64,000 nucleotides of DNA from Escherichia phage vB_EcoM_FT: sequence record MT682710.1; one strand, given 5' to 3'. The notes under the pieces were generated by a model, which was given only the letters and a program-made list of their open reading frames with translations, did not search any database and was not told the origin of the DNA. A program made the translations under genes and the position numbers. Of this stretch, positions 31,415 through 42,526 are shown one piece after another. The stretch's first letter is position 1. Each line of letters begins with the position of its first letter.

Positions 31415-34111
31415 TCAGCCAAACAGGAAGTCTAACGAAGCTTTTTCTTCATAGTCCATACCAGCCGATTCACACATGCCTGCAAGCGGTTTAACAAACG
31501 ATTTTTGGAACAAAGTTGAGTAGTCAATCCAAGACAGTACGTCAGAACGAATTTCTTTTGGAAGTTCTGTACCCGACGGCCAAGCAATGCATTTGTCACC
31601 AAATGGATTTCCTTCACGCAATGGAAGAACCATTACTTTATTTCCATCCAAAATTGGAGCTACACCTAAACCGCTAACAGCTCGACGATAAGTTAGCACA
31701 CCACGAATATGGAACGGACATTTAAATCCTGGCCAACCTTTATCATCATATTTCGCTATATCGTTCGCAGTTTTTACTTCAGCAATAACTTTATAGTCAA
31801 GTTGACGATATTCTTTCTCGAAGTTCTTGTAATATTCTTGGACAGACTCTTCACCTTCCTGAAGAATACGACGAATACTTTCTTCGAGAGCTTCTTGGAC
31901 CGCTTTAGGCGTTGAACTCTGCTGAGTTTCCATACCCATGATTTTTAGATGTGGTTCAGCAAAACGCTTATCTTCCATATCATAAACGTTCAGAGCATAA
32001 CGCTTTTTCGCTTTCCAAAATCCACCAACGCCCTTTGAACCAAGTGGAGGGCAAGAAATAGCTTCACGGTCCATATGCATCAGATGCTCGCGGTTATTCA
32101 TATAATCACATAACTCACGATATGCAACATCAATCATAGGTTCCATCTTTTTCTTACCGAACTGATTCATGAATTCAACTAAATCGTTCTGCTCTTTGAA
32201 TCGGTCAAGACCAACTTTTTCAATAACTTTATCTACACAAACATATACCGAATCAGTATCACCTGCTGCAATGAAATCTTCGCCATTAGTTCCGCATACT
32301 TTATTCAGATATTCATTAATTTTACGAGCAATCCACTGAATACCAACTTGGCCGAAAATTGTGATAGCAGTAGCATTTCGCAAATCATAGTAACGGAAAT
32401 GAATATTACCAAGAGCACCATAAAGACTGTTAATAAGAATTTTACGGTTCAGCTGATTTGTGTTAGCAAGTGTAGCTGCTTTTTCACATTCCTCAATCAG
32501 ACTATTGAGAACAGATTCGGTGTAATTCGATAGTTCATTTAAGAAATCATCACTGAACTTAACATATCGTTCAACTTCTGGTTTAGTTGAACAGGACCCT
32601 GCGCCTTTCATAATAATCTTTTTAATAGCTTCGGCATTCATTTCTTCAGCGAACATTTTCTTTTTCCAATCTTTACGCTGGAAAAATACTTTAGCGATTT
32701 CCTTTGGAATGATACCTTCTTGATGCTTATCATACATCCATCCATTCGGAGAACAAGAATATTCATCGCTCGGTTTAGGAGCTGTTCCTGCGATATATTC
32801 ATGAATTGGATGAACTTTAAACTGTCCACGAATAGTCTCAGGACTAATGTTAACCTGACGAATAATGCTCGGATACAGAGACGTCAAGTCAAAACTCATA
32901 ATATATCGACGAGCAATTGGTTTAGGTTCAAATACAAATGCACCCGGAAAACTTTGTTTAACGTGCGAACCTTGTTGAGGAATAACCTTATGTTCACCTT
33001 TCAATGAGTTAAAAATAATAGCATCCCAAGTTTTAATAGGACTCATTACACCGGAAAAAGGCATTTTAGCGTAATAAGACATACTTAAAACTAGATCGAT
33101 AAACCCGCGAATTTTATCAATTGCTTGAACTGATTCTACGTCAATGATGTTATAACTAATGTATCGTTGATGATTAGTCTCACGAAGTTTATTAATAGGA
33201 CCGTCGTATGGTAATTTACCTTTTTTGGTTTCATGTTGAGCAACTGATTCCAAAGAGAATGACGGCAAATTAGTAAATGCGAATTTCTTATACAAATCTA
33301 AATAATCAAGAATAGATACGCCATCAATAGAATAAATTTCTTTGCTACCGTACACATTTTGAATTAGTTTAGATTTTACTCGACCGATTGGAGAGAAACG
33401 TTTCATACTGCGTTCACCGAGAACCATTTTAACGCGATTCATGATATACGGAACGTCAAATCCCTCAATATTCCAACCAGTAAAAATAGCAGGTCGTTTC
33501 TGTTCCCAAAGATTGATATATTCCATGAGCATATCACGCTCATTATCGAATGGCATATAAATTACTCGGTCAAGAATTTCTTGAGGAACTTCATCACCAC
33601 CTTCACAGTCAAGCTTAGCAGCTAACTTTGCATCCCATTTTGATACTGAACCGTACATTGAATTCAACAAATCAAAGACGTAAAAACGATCGTCAATTGA
33701 ATCATAATGAGTGATAGCATCAATTTCATATTCAGCTTTCATTGGGTCAGGAAATTTATCACCAGTAACCTCAATGTCACAGTTAGCTACACGAACAAAT
33801 TTTCGGTCATAAACAATTTCTGAACCATATGTATCACTGATATAAGCGAGTTTAAAATCGTTCATACCGAGAGCTTCGAGACCGATGTCTTCCATTCGTT
33901 TCATCCAATCTCGAGCATCTTTCATTGATGGAAATTTTTGAGGAGCGCAGTTTTTACCATAGATGTCTTTGTACTTTGACTCTTCCTTACAATGCCTAAA
34001 CATAGTTGGAAGATATTCTACTTCACGAGTACGTTCCTTTCCATTTTCATCAATATAACGTTCAACAATATTATTTCCGACTGTTTCAATAGAGATATAA
34101 AATTCTTTCAT
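31415..34111 (-). CDS. 43: DNA polymerase (gp43), family B
   Basis: 898-aa ORF; exonuclease and polymerase motifs (DTDS, YGDTDS-like); T4 gp43 length. Confidence 0.97.
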   Translation of the reverse strand: MKEFYISIETVGNNIVERYIDENGKERTREVEYLPTMFRHCKEESKYKDIYGKNCAPQKFPSMKDARDWMKRMEDIGLEALGMNDFKLAYISDTYGSEIVYDRKFVRVANCDIEVTGDKFPDPMKAEYEIDAITHYDSIDDRFYVFDLLNSMYGSVSKWDAKLAAKLDCEGGDEVPQEILDRVIYMPFDNERDMLMEYINLWEQKRPAIFTGWNIEGFDVPYIMNRVKMVLGERSMKRFSPIGRVKSKLIQNVYGSKEIYSIDGVSILDYLDLYKKFAFTNLPSFSLESVAQHETKKGKLPYDGPINKLRETNHQRYISYNIIDVESVQAIDKIRGFIDLVLSMSYYAKMPFSGVMSPIKTWDAIIFNSLKGEHKVIPQQGSHVKQSFPGAFVFEPKPIARRYIMSFDLTSLYPSIIRQVNISPETIRGQFKVHPIHEYIAGTAPKPSDEYSCSPNGWMYDKHQEGIIPKEIAKVFFQRKDWKKKMFAEEMNAEAIKKIIMKGAGSCSTKPEVERYVKFSDDFLNELSNYTESVLNSLIEECEKAATLANTNQLNRKILINSLYGALGNIHFRYYDLRNATAITIFGQVGIQWIARKINEYLNKVCGTNGEDFIAAGDTDSVYVCVDKVIEKVGLDRFKEQNDLVEFMNQFGKKKMEPMIDVAYRELCDYMNNREHLMHMDREAISCPPLGSKGVGGFWKAKKRYALNVYDMEDKRFAEPHLKIMGMETQQSSTPKAVQEALEESIRRILQEGEESVQEYYKNFEKEYRQLDYKVIAEVKTANDIAKYDDKGWPGFKCPFHIRGVLTYRRAVSGLGVAPILDGNKVMVLPLREGNPFGDKCIAWPSGTELPKEIRSDVLSWIDYSTLFQKSFVKPLAGMCESAGMDYEEKASLDFLFG

Positions 34112-34170
34112 AGATATTCCTTAGTTTATAGCCCGAGTTATTAGGCTCTTGATATATTATACTCCAAATA

Positions 34171-34186
34171 AGGGGCCGAAGCCCCT
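34171..34186 (-). terminator. GC stem-loop with UUCG-type tetraloop
   Basis: aggggccgaagcccct. Confidence 0.5.
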
Positions 34187-34189
34187 TGC

Positions 34190-34453
34190 TTAAATTAGTA
34201 CTATTTGTCGGTGAAAAATTGTCATTCCATCTGCATTAATTGACTTAACGACTGCGGTAAAGTGTTTTTGTTCTGGATGAATTAATTTTTGAAATTCTAC
34301 CTGAAATTTTAGTTGAAGGTTTTCTGGTAAATCAAAAAGTGTTTCTGTTGCAGAAAGATTATATTTTTCTTTAAGAGACGCCATGTATTCTTGCGGAGTT
34401 ATAGCAGTCATATTAATTACCAATCGTATATTTAGGAACGAGCTTCCATTCAT
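34190..34453 (-). CDS. hypothetical protein
   Basis: 87-aa track ORF overlapping regA 3' end; possibly shorter from internal Met. Confidence 0.3.
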   Translation of the reverse strand: MNGSSFLNIRLVINMTAITPQEYMASLKEKYNLSATETLFDLPENLQLKFQVEFQKLIHPEQKHFTAVVKSINADGMTIFHRQIVLI

Positions 34454-34781
34454 GTTTTTGTTTAAAAGAAATAACTCGGAAGTTATTAGTTAAATCTTTC
34501 ATAAAAGTTCTTTGACCAGGAACGATTTCAATCAGTCCCCAATCTTCTAACAGCCATGCAATCGAATCACGACGAACTTCATCTTCTTCTGTCATTTCAA
34601 CTTGGCGACCATCCATACGAAGCATTTCTTTAAAATGAACGATATAGTATAGTCCTTTTTTCTGAAGAATATGACAGGACTGATACAGAACTTTATCTTT
34701 ATTATTAGCAATTCCCATACGAGTCAAAGTTTCTTTTACTTTCAGAAAATCTTCAGGTTTTTTAAGAGTAATTTCAATCAT
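34413..34781 (-). CDS. regA: translational repressor RegA
   Basis: 122-aa ORF recognised as T4 RegA. Confidence 0.9.
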   Translation of the reverse strand: MIEITLKKPEDFLKVKETLTRMGIANNKDKVLYQSCHILQKKGLYYIVHFKEMLRMDGRQVEMTEEDEVRRDSIAWLLEDWGLIEIVPGQRTFMKDLTNNFRVISFKQKHEWKLVPKYTIGN

Positions 34782-34782
34782 T

Positions 34783-35346
34783 TTACCATTCCAATGCTAG
34801 TTTTTTGAGTTGTTTCTGTTCTTTTACGTTCTTAGTCACTTCTTTCAAAAAATCATCCGTGACTAAACCTTTTAGTTCTTTTAATACTAAAGGAAGTTTT
34901 CCATTTTTAGTAAGAATTGATTTATAGTTAATTGCATCATTTGTATTAACTTGATACCGTTTAGCAAGTAACTTAATAATCAATACTTCGGTGGAATCTT
35001 CAACCAGTTTTGCCCATTTACCATATCTTTTACCACGAGGAACTGCAGCCATCAGATAATTAAAATGAGCTTCATCACTTAAACCTGATCCAATTAAATT
35101 CATAGCATATACAGCTGGCATGCATTCAGGAAATTGTGATAATGCATTCTCAACCATGTATTTTGAATAATCTTTTTGAGCAATAGAGCATTTAGTTTTA
35201 TTATTAATAGCTCCAATTATTTCAAAAAATTCATTTTCAGCTTTTTCTTTAAAAGAATCAGCAGCGGATTGGACAGCTGTCCAATCTTTTGAATACCAAG
35301 CAACTTGATGCTCGTTTAATTGAATATCATCTTCAAATAAGCTCAT
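34783..35346 (-). CDS. 62: clamp loader small subunit (gp62)
   Basis: ATG at 35346 ([20 protein letters not shown]) gives 187 aa. Confidence 0.9.
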   Translation of the reverse strand: MSLFEDDIQLNEHQVAWYSKDWTAVQSAADSFKEKAENEFFEIIGAINNKTKCSIAQKDYSKYMVENALSQFPECMPAVYAMNLIGSGLSDEAHFNYLMAAVPRGKRYGKWAKLVEDSTEVLIIKLLAKRYQVNTNDAINYKSILTKNGKLPLVLKELKGLVTDDFLKEVTKNVKEQKQLKKLALEW

Positions 35347-35347
35347 A

Positions 35348-36307
35348 TCACTTCCACTGCATTTCACATGCTAACTGAATGAAAAGATAAGCTAGATGCA
35401 ATTCCGTATTAGCTGCAATACCATGATACTGATTATTTTCGCCGACAATTTCGTACATACGAATAATACTTTGCGGAGTTACGCGTGTATAGATTTCTTC
35501 GGCAAGTTTACCCACGAACCACGAATAATCAGCTGCATATTTTGGTGCTAAAGCTCTGAGTTGTTTAACATCTTTATTTTTGAGAGACTCAAGAACATCA
35601 TCAATAGCACCACGATCGTTAGTAACCAGTGATAAAATACCAGCATCCAAAACACCTTTAGATGAATAACTATCGAGCTCGCCAATAGTTTTACGAAAAT
35701 CAGGAAAATTCTTTTTAACCAAAGCTGCTACAACTTTCATATCAGCTATAGCAATTCCTTCATGCTTACAGATTTCAGTCAATCGACGAATCATCTGCTT
35801 CATCATTTCAATTTTATCTTCATCGGTCGGTTGACCGAATGTAATAACTCGGCAGCGTGACTGAAGCGGTTTAATAATACCATCAATATTGTTAGCAGTA
35901 ATAATAATACTACAGTTTGAACTATAAGCTTCCATAAATGAACGAAGATGTCGCTGAGACTCTGCTAGCCCTGAACGGTCAAATTCATCAATAACGATTA
36001 CTTTTTGACGACCATCAAATGAAGCGGCGCTGGCAAAATTAGTCAAAGGACCGCGAACGAAATCAATTTTACAGTCTGATCCATTCACAAACATCATATC
36101 AGCATTTACATCATGACACAATGCTTTTGCTACAGTTGTTTTACCTGTTCCTGGAGAAGGAGAATGAAGAATAATATGTGGAATCTTACCTTTACTTGTA
36201 ATAGATTTAAAGGTTTCTTTATCAAAGGCGGGAAGAATACATTCATCGATAGTAGATGGACGATATTTCTGTTCAAGAATGTGTTCTTTTTCATTTACGG
36301 TAATCAT
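35348..36307 (-). CDS. 44: clamp loader large subunit (gp44), AAA+
   Basis: ATG at 36307 with GAGGAA RBS gives 319 aa; Walker A GTGKT. Confidence 0.95.
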   Translation of the reverse strand: MITVNEKEHILEQKYRPSTIDECILPAFDKETFKSITSKGKIPHIILHSPSPGTGKTTVAKALCHDVNADMMFVNGSDCKIDFVRGPLTNFASAASFDGRQKVIVIDEFDRSGLAESQRHLRSFMEAYSSNCSIIITANNIDGIIKPLQSRCRVITFGQPTDEDKIEMMKQMIRRLTEICKHEGIAIADMKVVAALVKKNFPDFRKTIGELDSYSSKGVLDAGILSLVTNDRGAIDDVLESLKNKDVKQLRALAPKYAADYSWFVGKLAEEIYTRVTPQSIIRMYEIVGENNQYHGIAANTELHLAYLFIQLACEMQWK

Positions 36308-36341
36308 AATTTCCTCATTCAAGTTTTAGTGTAAATTATAA

Positions 36342-36355
36342 AGGGCCGAAGCCCT
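36342..36355 (-). terminator. GC stem-loop with UUCG-type tetraloop between 45 and 44
   Basis: agggccgaagccct. Confidence 0.5.
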
Positions 36356-36358
36356 CTA

Positions 36359-37045
36359 TTAAAAATCGTGGGTAGAATCAGCTTCAAGAGCTACTACATA
36401 ATTCGCGTGTTCACCTTCAAATTTAGCAGCACCTTGTTTACCTTTTGCCCAGAGCAGAAGTTTATAATTTCCTGGTTGCATTTTCATATTTGCCATATTG
36501 ATAATGAAATTAAATGTATTTTCACCATCATAATCACCAAGAGTCAAAGAATATTTAACACGGGTCAGAGCAGAATCTTCTACTTTATTAAAACCGTTAA
36601 TTACGATTTTACCTTCTTTTACCGTGATAGCAATTGTATCAATTTGCAGACCACGAGATACACGCAACAGTTGTTGAAGGTCTTCAGCTTTAATTTCAGT
36701 AACAACAGATGCTACCGGGAATGGAATTGGTTTATTAGGAGCAACTACTGTACTCGGATCGGCTGCTGGCCAAAAAATTGTTGAGCGGGCATCAGCAATT
36801 TTAATATTTCCATCTTCTGACTGGGAAATTTCTGCATCATCATTAACTAGAGACAGAATACCGAGAAAACCGTTCAAATCGTAAATTGCTACATCAAAAT
36901 CAATAACGTCAGAAATATTTGCTTCCGCGTAAGTTGTACCATTAACTGCGCGAGTCATAATAAATTGACCGGATTTAAGCATAATACCAGAGTTAATAGT
37001 AGCGAAATTTTTGAGCAGAGCAGTAGTATCTTTAGACAGTTTCAT
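36359..37045 (-). CDS. 45: sliding clamp (gp45)
   Basis: 228-aa ORF recognised as T4 gp45. Confidence 0.95.
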   Translation of the reverse strand: MKLSKDTTALLKNFATINSGIMLKSGQFIMTRAVNGTTYAEANISDVIDFDVAIYDLNGFLGILSLVNDDAEISQSEDGNIKIADARSTIFWPAADPSTVVAPNKPIPFPVASVVTEIKAEDLQQLLRVSRGLQIDTIAITVKEGKIVINGFNKVEDSALTRVKYSLTLGDYDGENTFNFIINMANMKMQPGNYKLLLWAKGKQGAAKFEGEHANYVVALEADSTHDF

Positions 37046-37100
37046 GTAATTTCCTTCAATTCAAATGAGATTTAATTTTATAACTAATTTAATAAAGCAA

Positions 37101-37490
37101 TTAACGATTAAAATCAGCCGCAATTGTTTCCGCAACAATTTGAGCAGCAACAATTAGACGTTCATCTGCATTACCGCAATAATCATCTTCAAGACGTTCA
37201 CCACATGAAGTCATAATAAATTTAGCACCGGCGTTTAGGGATTCTGTAGTATGTTTGCGCATTAGTTCAATCCATTTATTACTTACTTCACGATCGATAG
37301 CTTCATAATACGCATGACGAGCAGGTGCAGATTTAATTTTGTTCTGAATAACTTCCATTGCGTTATCAGAAAGAGACAAAACCCATGCTCGACGAATTTT
37401 ATTTTGGTTTTGTGGATTTGATTCAGAACGCACGTGTTTTGGCTGAATATCTTTTACATCAACGTTATAATTCACAGTAATTTTAGTCAT
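37101..37490 (-). CDS. rpbA: RNA polymerase-binding protein RpbA
   Basis: 129-aa ORF directly upstream of gene 45 as in T4. Confidence 0.75.
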   Translation of the reverse strand: MTKITVNYNVDVKDIQPKHVRSESNPQNQNKIRRAWVLSLSDNAMEVIQNKIKSAPARHAYYEAIDREVSNKWIELMRKHTTESLNAGAKFIMTSCGERLEDDYCGNADERLIVAAQIVAETIAADFNR

Positions 37491-37499
37491 AATACACCT

Positions 37500-37688
37500 T
37501 TAGTCATAATAATCAGTAACAGTCCAAGCTTCATTTCTATTGGACATTATTTTTGTATATTCTGCTTTAAATGCATTCCTAAGCATAGATTCAGTAACTA
37601 TATGCTCTTCATTAGAAAAATTATTTCTCAGAATATATCGTTTTATTTCAGGAATAGTTAATAGATGCTGTCCAGTTGAATATTCCAT
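37500..37688 (-). CDS. hypothetical protein (45.2 position)
   Basis: 62-aa ORF. Confidence 0.5.
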   Translation of the reverse strand: MEYSTGQHLLTIPEIKRYILRNNFSNEEHIVTESMLRNAFKAEYTKIMSNRNEAWTVTDYYD

Positions 37689-37689
37689 G

Positions 37690-37740
37690 TTTTTCCTCCA
37701 TAGAGATTATACTCTAATAAATTAAAGCATAATCTCTTAT
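37690..37740 (-). promoter_or_regulatory. candidate middle (MotA-type) promoter
   Basis: minus strand ATGCTTTA then about 11-12 nt then TATAAT upstream of 37500..37688. Confidence 0.4.
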
Positions 37741-37743
37741 AAA

Positions 37744-39426
37744 TTAAACCATTACAGTAAATCGACCAACTTTCTTCATTTGAAGATGCTGACCGTATGC
37801 TTGTGGGTCATGGTCTCTATGCGAAATAACAAAAACATTAGTATTTTTTAAACTATCTAAAATAGTTGAAATAGCTTTTACACCTTCAACGTCGGTCGCT
37901 GAATCAAAAACTTCATCAAGAATTAGTGTGTTTATTTTAACACCTGAAACTTTTTCAGCAATATCACGCCAAGTAAATAAAAGAGCAATATCAATTCGTG
38001 CTTTTTCACCTTGACTGAATGAAGCATAACTAAAATCTTCACGACCACGGGATTTAATTGTCTCATTAAATTCTTCATCTAATGTAAACACATAATCCGC
38101 TTCCATTATTTTAAGATAATAGTTAATCTGCTTATTAAATAATGGAATGTACTTTTTAATAATAGCACCTTTAATACCAGAATCTTTGAGCATATCAGTC
38201 AAAATTCCTCGGTGGTATTTTTCCATTACTAAATTAGTTTTTGTCTTAACAATTTTATCAAGTTCTTCTTGAAGCAGTGCTATTTCATCAGCATGGTCAA
38301 TAAACTCAGAAGATGCTTTTTCTATAGCCGCTTTAACTTTTTTAGCTTTATCTACTGCTGCGATCAGAGATTGCTTTTTATTGCGAATATCATTTGCCAA
38401 CGACTGCTGAGTTTTAATATTATCTCGGTATTCATCAACAAGAACTTTTAAATTATCACGATGTGTTGAAAGCTGTTCAAACGAATGCGTGCATTCAGAA
38501 ACTTTATCTTTAATTTTAGAAACAACTTTATCACCGGAACTCAATTGTGACAAACAGGTTGGACATAATCCACCTTCGTGATACATATTAATGACTTTAT
38601 TATACGAGTCAATTTTTGATTTAATTAAAACTGCTTCTTGACCGATTTTATTAAATGCATCAGTCGGGTCTTCATCTAAAACAATATTAACTAATCTTTC
38701 ATTAGCTTCTTCTATTTCCGATTTTAGCGTTCTAGCTTCTTTTGCCAAATCATCATACATATTTTGCAGACGAGTAAGGTTGTCACCAGTTAATTTTTTC
38801 TGGCGTTCAACATTATCATTATATATTTTAATTTGTTGGATAATACTATCTTTTTTAACATCAAGCACTTGGTTTTGTGAATTTAATTCACGTATTAGTG
38901 CTTTATTAAGCTTATCCATTTCAGCTAATGTTCCTACCTCAAGCAGGTCTTCCACAAGCTTTCTTCGTGCAGGGGTCGACAAACCCATGAAAGGGGTATA
39001 CCCTGCTGTACCAAGGACAACAATCTGCTTGAAACTGGCATATGACATTCCGATAAGCTGTTCAAATTCTGCTTGGAAATCTTTACTGCTGGCAGATTCA
39101 TTAAGACGTGTACCGTTAACGGTGATTTCAAAAACGTTCGGTTTTTGTCCTCTTTTGATATAGTACTTTTTCTCATCATATTCCATCCACAGTTCAACTA
39201 AAAGTTCTTTCTTATTTGTGCTGTTTATTAATTGACCTTTCTTTACATCACGAAATGGCTTGCCAAAAAGCCCAAATGTGATGGCTTCTAACATAGTAGA
39301 CTTACCACCGCCATTTCGGCCAGTAATAAGAGTTTTTTGAACCTTATCTAATTGAATGTCAATCCCATTTTGACCAACTGACATTATATTTTTATATTTT
39401 ACTCTATTAAGTTTAAAATTCTTCAC
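37744..39426 (-). CDS. 46: recombination endonuclease subunit gp46 (Rad50/SbcC-like)
   Basis: 560-aa ORF; Walker A GRNGGGKS; central coiled coil. Confidence 0.95.
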   Translation of the reverse strand: MKNFKLNRVKYKNIMSVGQNGIDIQLDKVQKTLITGRNGGGKSTMLEAITFGLFGKPFRDVKKGQLINSTNKKELLVELWMEYDEKKYYIKRGQKPNVFEITVNGTRLNESASSKDFQAEFEQLIGMSYASFKQIVVLGTAGYTPFMGLSTPARRKLVEDLLEVGTLAEMDKLNKALIRELNSQNQVLDVKKDSIIQQIKIYNDNVERQKKLTGDNLTRLQNMYDDLAKEARTLKSEIEEANERLVNIVLDEDPTDAFNKIGQEAVLIKSKIDSYNKVINMYHEGGLCPTCLSQLSSGDKVVSKIKDKVSECTHSFEQLSTHRDNLKVLVDEYRDNIKTQQSLANDIRNKKQSLIAAVDKAKKVKAAIEKASSEFIDHADEIALLQEELDKIVKTKTNLVMEKYHRGILTDMLKDSGIKGAIIKKYIPLFNKQINYYLKIMEADYVFTLDEEFNETIKSRGREDFSYASFSQGEKARIDIALLFTWRDIAEKVSGVKINTLILDEVFDSATDVEGVKAISTILDSLKNTNVFVISHRDHDPQAYGQHLQMKKVGRFTVMV

Positions 39427-39686
39427 AAAAGATTCCTTTTAATGTATCTTTTAGACCATTCTATCATATCATCATAATCTAAAAAGTATTCATCAAATTC
39501 AGCCATGCAAACAACACCTTGTGCTGCTTTTGATGTGATATAAATTATTCCAACATATCTAGAATCTTCTTCGGTATAATCAATATTTGCTATGAATTCA
39601 TCATTAATGTCAAATGTCGAAAACTTCACAGTATGCATCCTTAATACAAGATACAGCCATATCTCGTAATGATTTAGGCGTGTCAT
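39423..39686 (-). CDS. hypothetical protein (46.1/46.2 region)
   Basis: 87-aa ORF; overlaps next ORF in another frame, one of the two may be shorter. Confidence 0.4.
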   Translation of the reverse strand: MTRLNHYEIWLYLVLRMHTVKFSTFDINDEFIANIDYTEEDSRYVGIIYITSKAAQGVVCMAEFDEYFLDYDDMIEWSKRYIKRNLL

Positions 39687-39873
39687 TATCTAAAATGTTG
39701 AAGTTAAAAGATACAGCCCAGTCAGTGCAGACTGTAACCTTTTTAATACAATTATCTTCAACCTCTAGTGGTTCAAACCAATATTCAATAATTTCTTTAT
39801 GACCAATATCATCTTTTACTTCACATTCAAAATGCTGACTCATCACAACATTTTTAAATTCATCAAAAGTCAT
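39610..39873 (-). CDS. hypothetical protein (46.1/46.2 region)
   Basis: 87-aa ORF coupled to gene 47 stop. Confidence 0.45.
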   Translation of the reverse strand: MTFDEFKNVVMSQHFECEVKDDIGHKEIIEYWFEPLEVEDNCIKKVTVCTDWAVSFNFNILDNDTPKSLRDMAVSCIKDAYCEVFDI

Positions 39874-40889
39874 TGTGTTGCCTCTACATATAGCTGATTT
39901 GCATATTGAATAAGTGCTTCACGGTCAGAATCAGTGATGTCTGGAATTGCATTAATATACTCTTCCATCAACGTCTGAAGAGATTGAACTTCAACTTCTT
40001 CACTGTCATCTGACTCGACAGAGTTATCAATTTTTGACACAACTCGTAATGAATGCACAACTTTTTCTAGTTCAGATTCGAACTTCGTCAGATTTTTGTC
40101 TACCTCAGTTACTATAACACGTACTGATAGATTTGTAAAATCTTTATAGTCAATTTTTCCTTTAAATGGATAATGAATTCTACGATGCCAGGTAGTATTG
40201 TTTGGAATAAATTCCATTCGTTCTGTTTCTGTATCAAACATCCAGAACCCACGAGGGTCATTCTCGTCACCTGCAGTTAGTGTCCATGGTGTCCCAATAT
40301 ATCTGACGTTTGCAGCCTCAGAGATAGTATGGAAGTGACCAGACCACACCTCTTTATAAGTCTTAAGGAAATCAGGTTCAAGACCGTGAGATTTCATTCC
40401 TTTATAAAAATAAAATCCATTCAGTTCCCAGTGACCAACACAAAAAGAAGCAGATGAAGTTTTGATGTGCTCAAGAATTTCACCAGTATTTTCTTCGCAC
40501 ATCCAAGGAATTAAATCAATCAAACATCCGTCAAAATCTACTGTAGTAGGCTTATCATATACTTTAACATTAGGATATTTAGCCAAAAGCTCAGTAGAGG
40601 CATTTGGATGCATTACATTTTTGTAGTGAAGATCGTGATTTCCTACAATAGTATGTAATGTGATTCCAGCACCATCAAGCATTTGAACTATTTCACGGGC
40701 AAACTCCATAGTTTTATGCGTGATTGCTTTTCGCACATCAAAAATATCACCGTATTGAATCCAGGTAGTAATTCCATTTTTCTTAGAATATTCTATTGCT
40801 TGTTTAATTCCATCAATTTGAATACCGCGAATCCACTCATCATCAGCTTTAACGCCTAAATGCCAATCACCTAAATTTAAAATTTTCAT
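39870..40889 (-). CDS. 47: recombination endonuclease subunit gp47 (Mre11/SbcD-like)
   Basis: 339-aa ORF; phosphoesterase motifs DWH, GNHD. Confidence 0.95.
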   Translation of the reverse strand: MKILNLGDWHLGVKADDEWIRGIQIDGIKQAIEYSKKNGITTWIQYGDIFDVRKAITHKTMEFAREIVQMLDGAGITLHTIVGNHDLHYKNVMHPNASTELLAKYPNVKVYDKPTTVDFDGCLIDLIPWMCEENTGEILEHIKTSSASFCVGHWELNGFYFYKGMKSHGLEPDFLKTYKEVWSGHFHTISEAANVRYIGTPWTLTAGDENDPRGFWMFDTETERMEFIPNNTTWHRRIHYPFKGKIDYKDFTNLSVRVIVTEVDKNLTKFESELEKVVHSLRVVSKIDNSVESDDSEEVEVQSLQTLMEEYINAIPDITDSDREALIQYANQLYVEATQ

Positions 40890-41050
40890 ATATCAAGAAC
40901 CGTCATTGAAATGCAAAATAAAATTATTGAAATAAACCCATCTGGTGTGCTAAAGAACCCAATCCAACATGCTCTAGTGAAAAGATAAAGCGCGAGAAAA
41001 AGTATCACATATCCAAGAAATATCATTATATCAAACTCCGTATAAAGCTA

Positions 41051-41066
41051 AAGGGCCGAAGCCCTT
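41051..41066 (-). terminator. GC stem-loop with UUCG-type tetraloop downstream of a-gt
   Basis: aagggccgaagccctt followed by T-run on minus strand. Confidence 0.55.
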
Positions 41067-42268
41067 TATTTTGTAATAATGTCAAACTGTTCTTTAAAAC
41101 AGAAGCTTGAATCTTGGTGCTGATACAAAAATTCATATGCTTTTTCTCGCTCACGGTCATAAAGAGCTCGGTCAGATGACAATTCTTTAATACGCTCGAA
41201 TGTTGATTCCATGTCATTTTCATCAAACCAAATGATACCGCTATCATGTGAGGTCAAAGGAGTATTATCAACACGGAATTTTAAATTATCACCCGTTGAT
41301 TTCCAGAAAACAGGAATTGTACCGCAAGCACCTAATTCAAGATGAGTATATTCGAGTGAGCGTTGTAAGTATTTCTGGTTAAGTTTACTCAACTGATATC
41401 CAAAGCCAGATTTACTCATTCGTTCAAGCATTTCACTATTAATATAACAATCTAGGATTTGTGCCGGTTGATTCGGCGTGAGATTCATTTTATCGATCTC
41501 ACGATTACCGTAATATTCATACGGAATACCTTTTTCCTTAATTGCAATAAAAGCAGGGGAACGTTCAAGACCTTCCATTACAGTGGATTTACCAGCAGGT
41601 TTTAAGAATTTTTCATGAAAATCAAACATCTGATAAAAACCTTTCCATGTAGTCGTACGACCAATCCAACGGTTGATGTTCATGTTAATTTCAGAAACAT
41701 CTTTCCAATAAGTTGACCGAACCTTCGCAATATCCATAGGAGGCTGAAAGTTATATACTGTTGGTGCTTCTTCAATATCATCAAACAGAGAAACAGTTTC
41801 TGGATACCATTCTTTCATCAGAACTTTATTAAAATCACCATTATCAGAATGGCTAAAAATAACATCAGCTCGACGAACAGTTTCTTCTAATCCCAAATTT
41901 CGACGCAAAGAAAGAACAGAATGATCATGCTGATAAACTACAACACGAATAGAAGGTTTAATATTATCTAAAAGTTTTTTATAGTTATTAATCGTGGCTT
42001 CTTGAACGGAAGTAGCAGGAACAGAATTAATAATTAGAATATCACAATCATTTACCAGCTTAAGTGCTTTATCGTATTCTTTAGCTAAAATAACTGGAAT
42101 TGAAAATGATTTGTGGTCATGAGAACTTGTACGAGTAAATGATTTATCTTTAGCATAAACCAAAGTTACTTCATGACCATTTTTAATAAACCAATCACGC
42201 TGCTCAAGAGAAAATTTAGTTACACCGCAACCTTCAAGACCTCGAGCCATAAAAATACATACTTTCAT
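41066..42268 (-). CDS. a-gt: DNA alpha-glucosyltransferase
   Basis: 400-aa ORF recognised as T4 alpha-gt. Confidence 0.9.
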   Translation of the reverse strand: MKVCIFMARGLEGCGVTKFSLEQRDWFIKNGHEVTLVYAKDKSFTRTSSHDHKSFSIPVILAKEYDKALKLVNDCDILIINSVPATSVQEATINNYKKLLDNIKPSIRVVVYQHDHSVLSLRRNLGLEETVRRADVIFSHSDNGDFNKVLMKEWYPETVSLFDDIEEAPTVYNFQPPMDIAKVRSTYWKDVSEINMNINRWIGRTTTWKGFYQMFDFHEKFLKPAGKSTVMEGLERSPAFIAIKEKGIPYEYYGNREIDKMNLTPNQPAQILDCYINSEMLERMSKSGFGYQLSKLNQKYLQRSLEYTHLELGACGTIPVFWKSTGDNLKFRVDNTPLTSHDSGIIWFDENDMESTFERIKELSSDRALYDREREKAYEFLYQHQDSSFCFKEQFDIITK

Positions 42269-42320
42269 TTAATATCCTCTTTGTTTTGGTTTATTTTACC
42301 AAAAATTTATAAAGCAATAT

Positions 42321-42336
42321 AGGAGCCGAAGCTCCT
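42321..42336 (-). terminator. GC stem-loop with UUCG-type tetraloop
   Basis: aggagccgaagctcct. Confidence 0.5.
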
Positions 42337-42526
42337 ATCCGCATAATACGCCATACAGAGGCTCATTAGAACTTCTAAATTTTATGCGCTTATATGTTAT
42401 AGTTCCTTCTGCTTTAGCTTTATCGTAAGACTCTTGAAAGCGTCTCATCATTTCTACTTTAGAGGAACGAATTTTATTATAATCTATTTCAGAAGTCTGG
42501 TGTTCATCTTTCATAACTGCCACCAT
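42335..42526 (-). CDS. hypothetical protein
   Basis: 63-aa ORF. Confidence 0.45.
   Translation of the reverse strand: MVAVMKDEHQTSEIDYNKIRSSKVEMMRRFQESYDKAKAEGTITYKRIKFRSSNEPLYGVLCG

Noticed and set aside
31432-31617. 61-aa ORF inside the 3' end of gene 43
   Set aside because: Embedded alternate-frame ORF within the DNA polymerase gene.
41026-41247. 73-aa track ORF overlapping the 3' end of a-gt
   Set aside because: Lies in another frame inside a-gt with no RBS; a short hydrophobic ORF (about 40900..41026) downstream of the hairpin is the more plausible 47.1-like gene.
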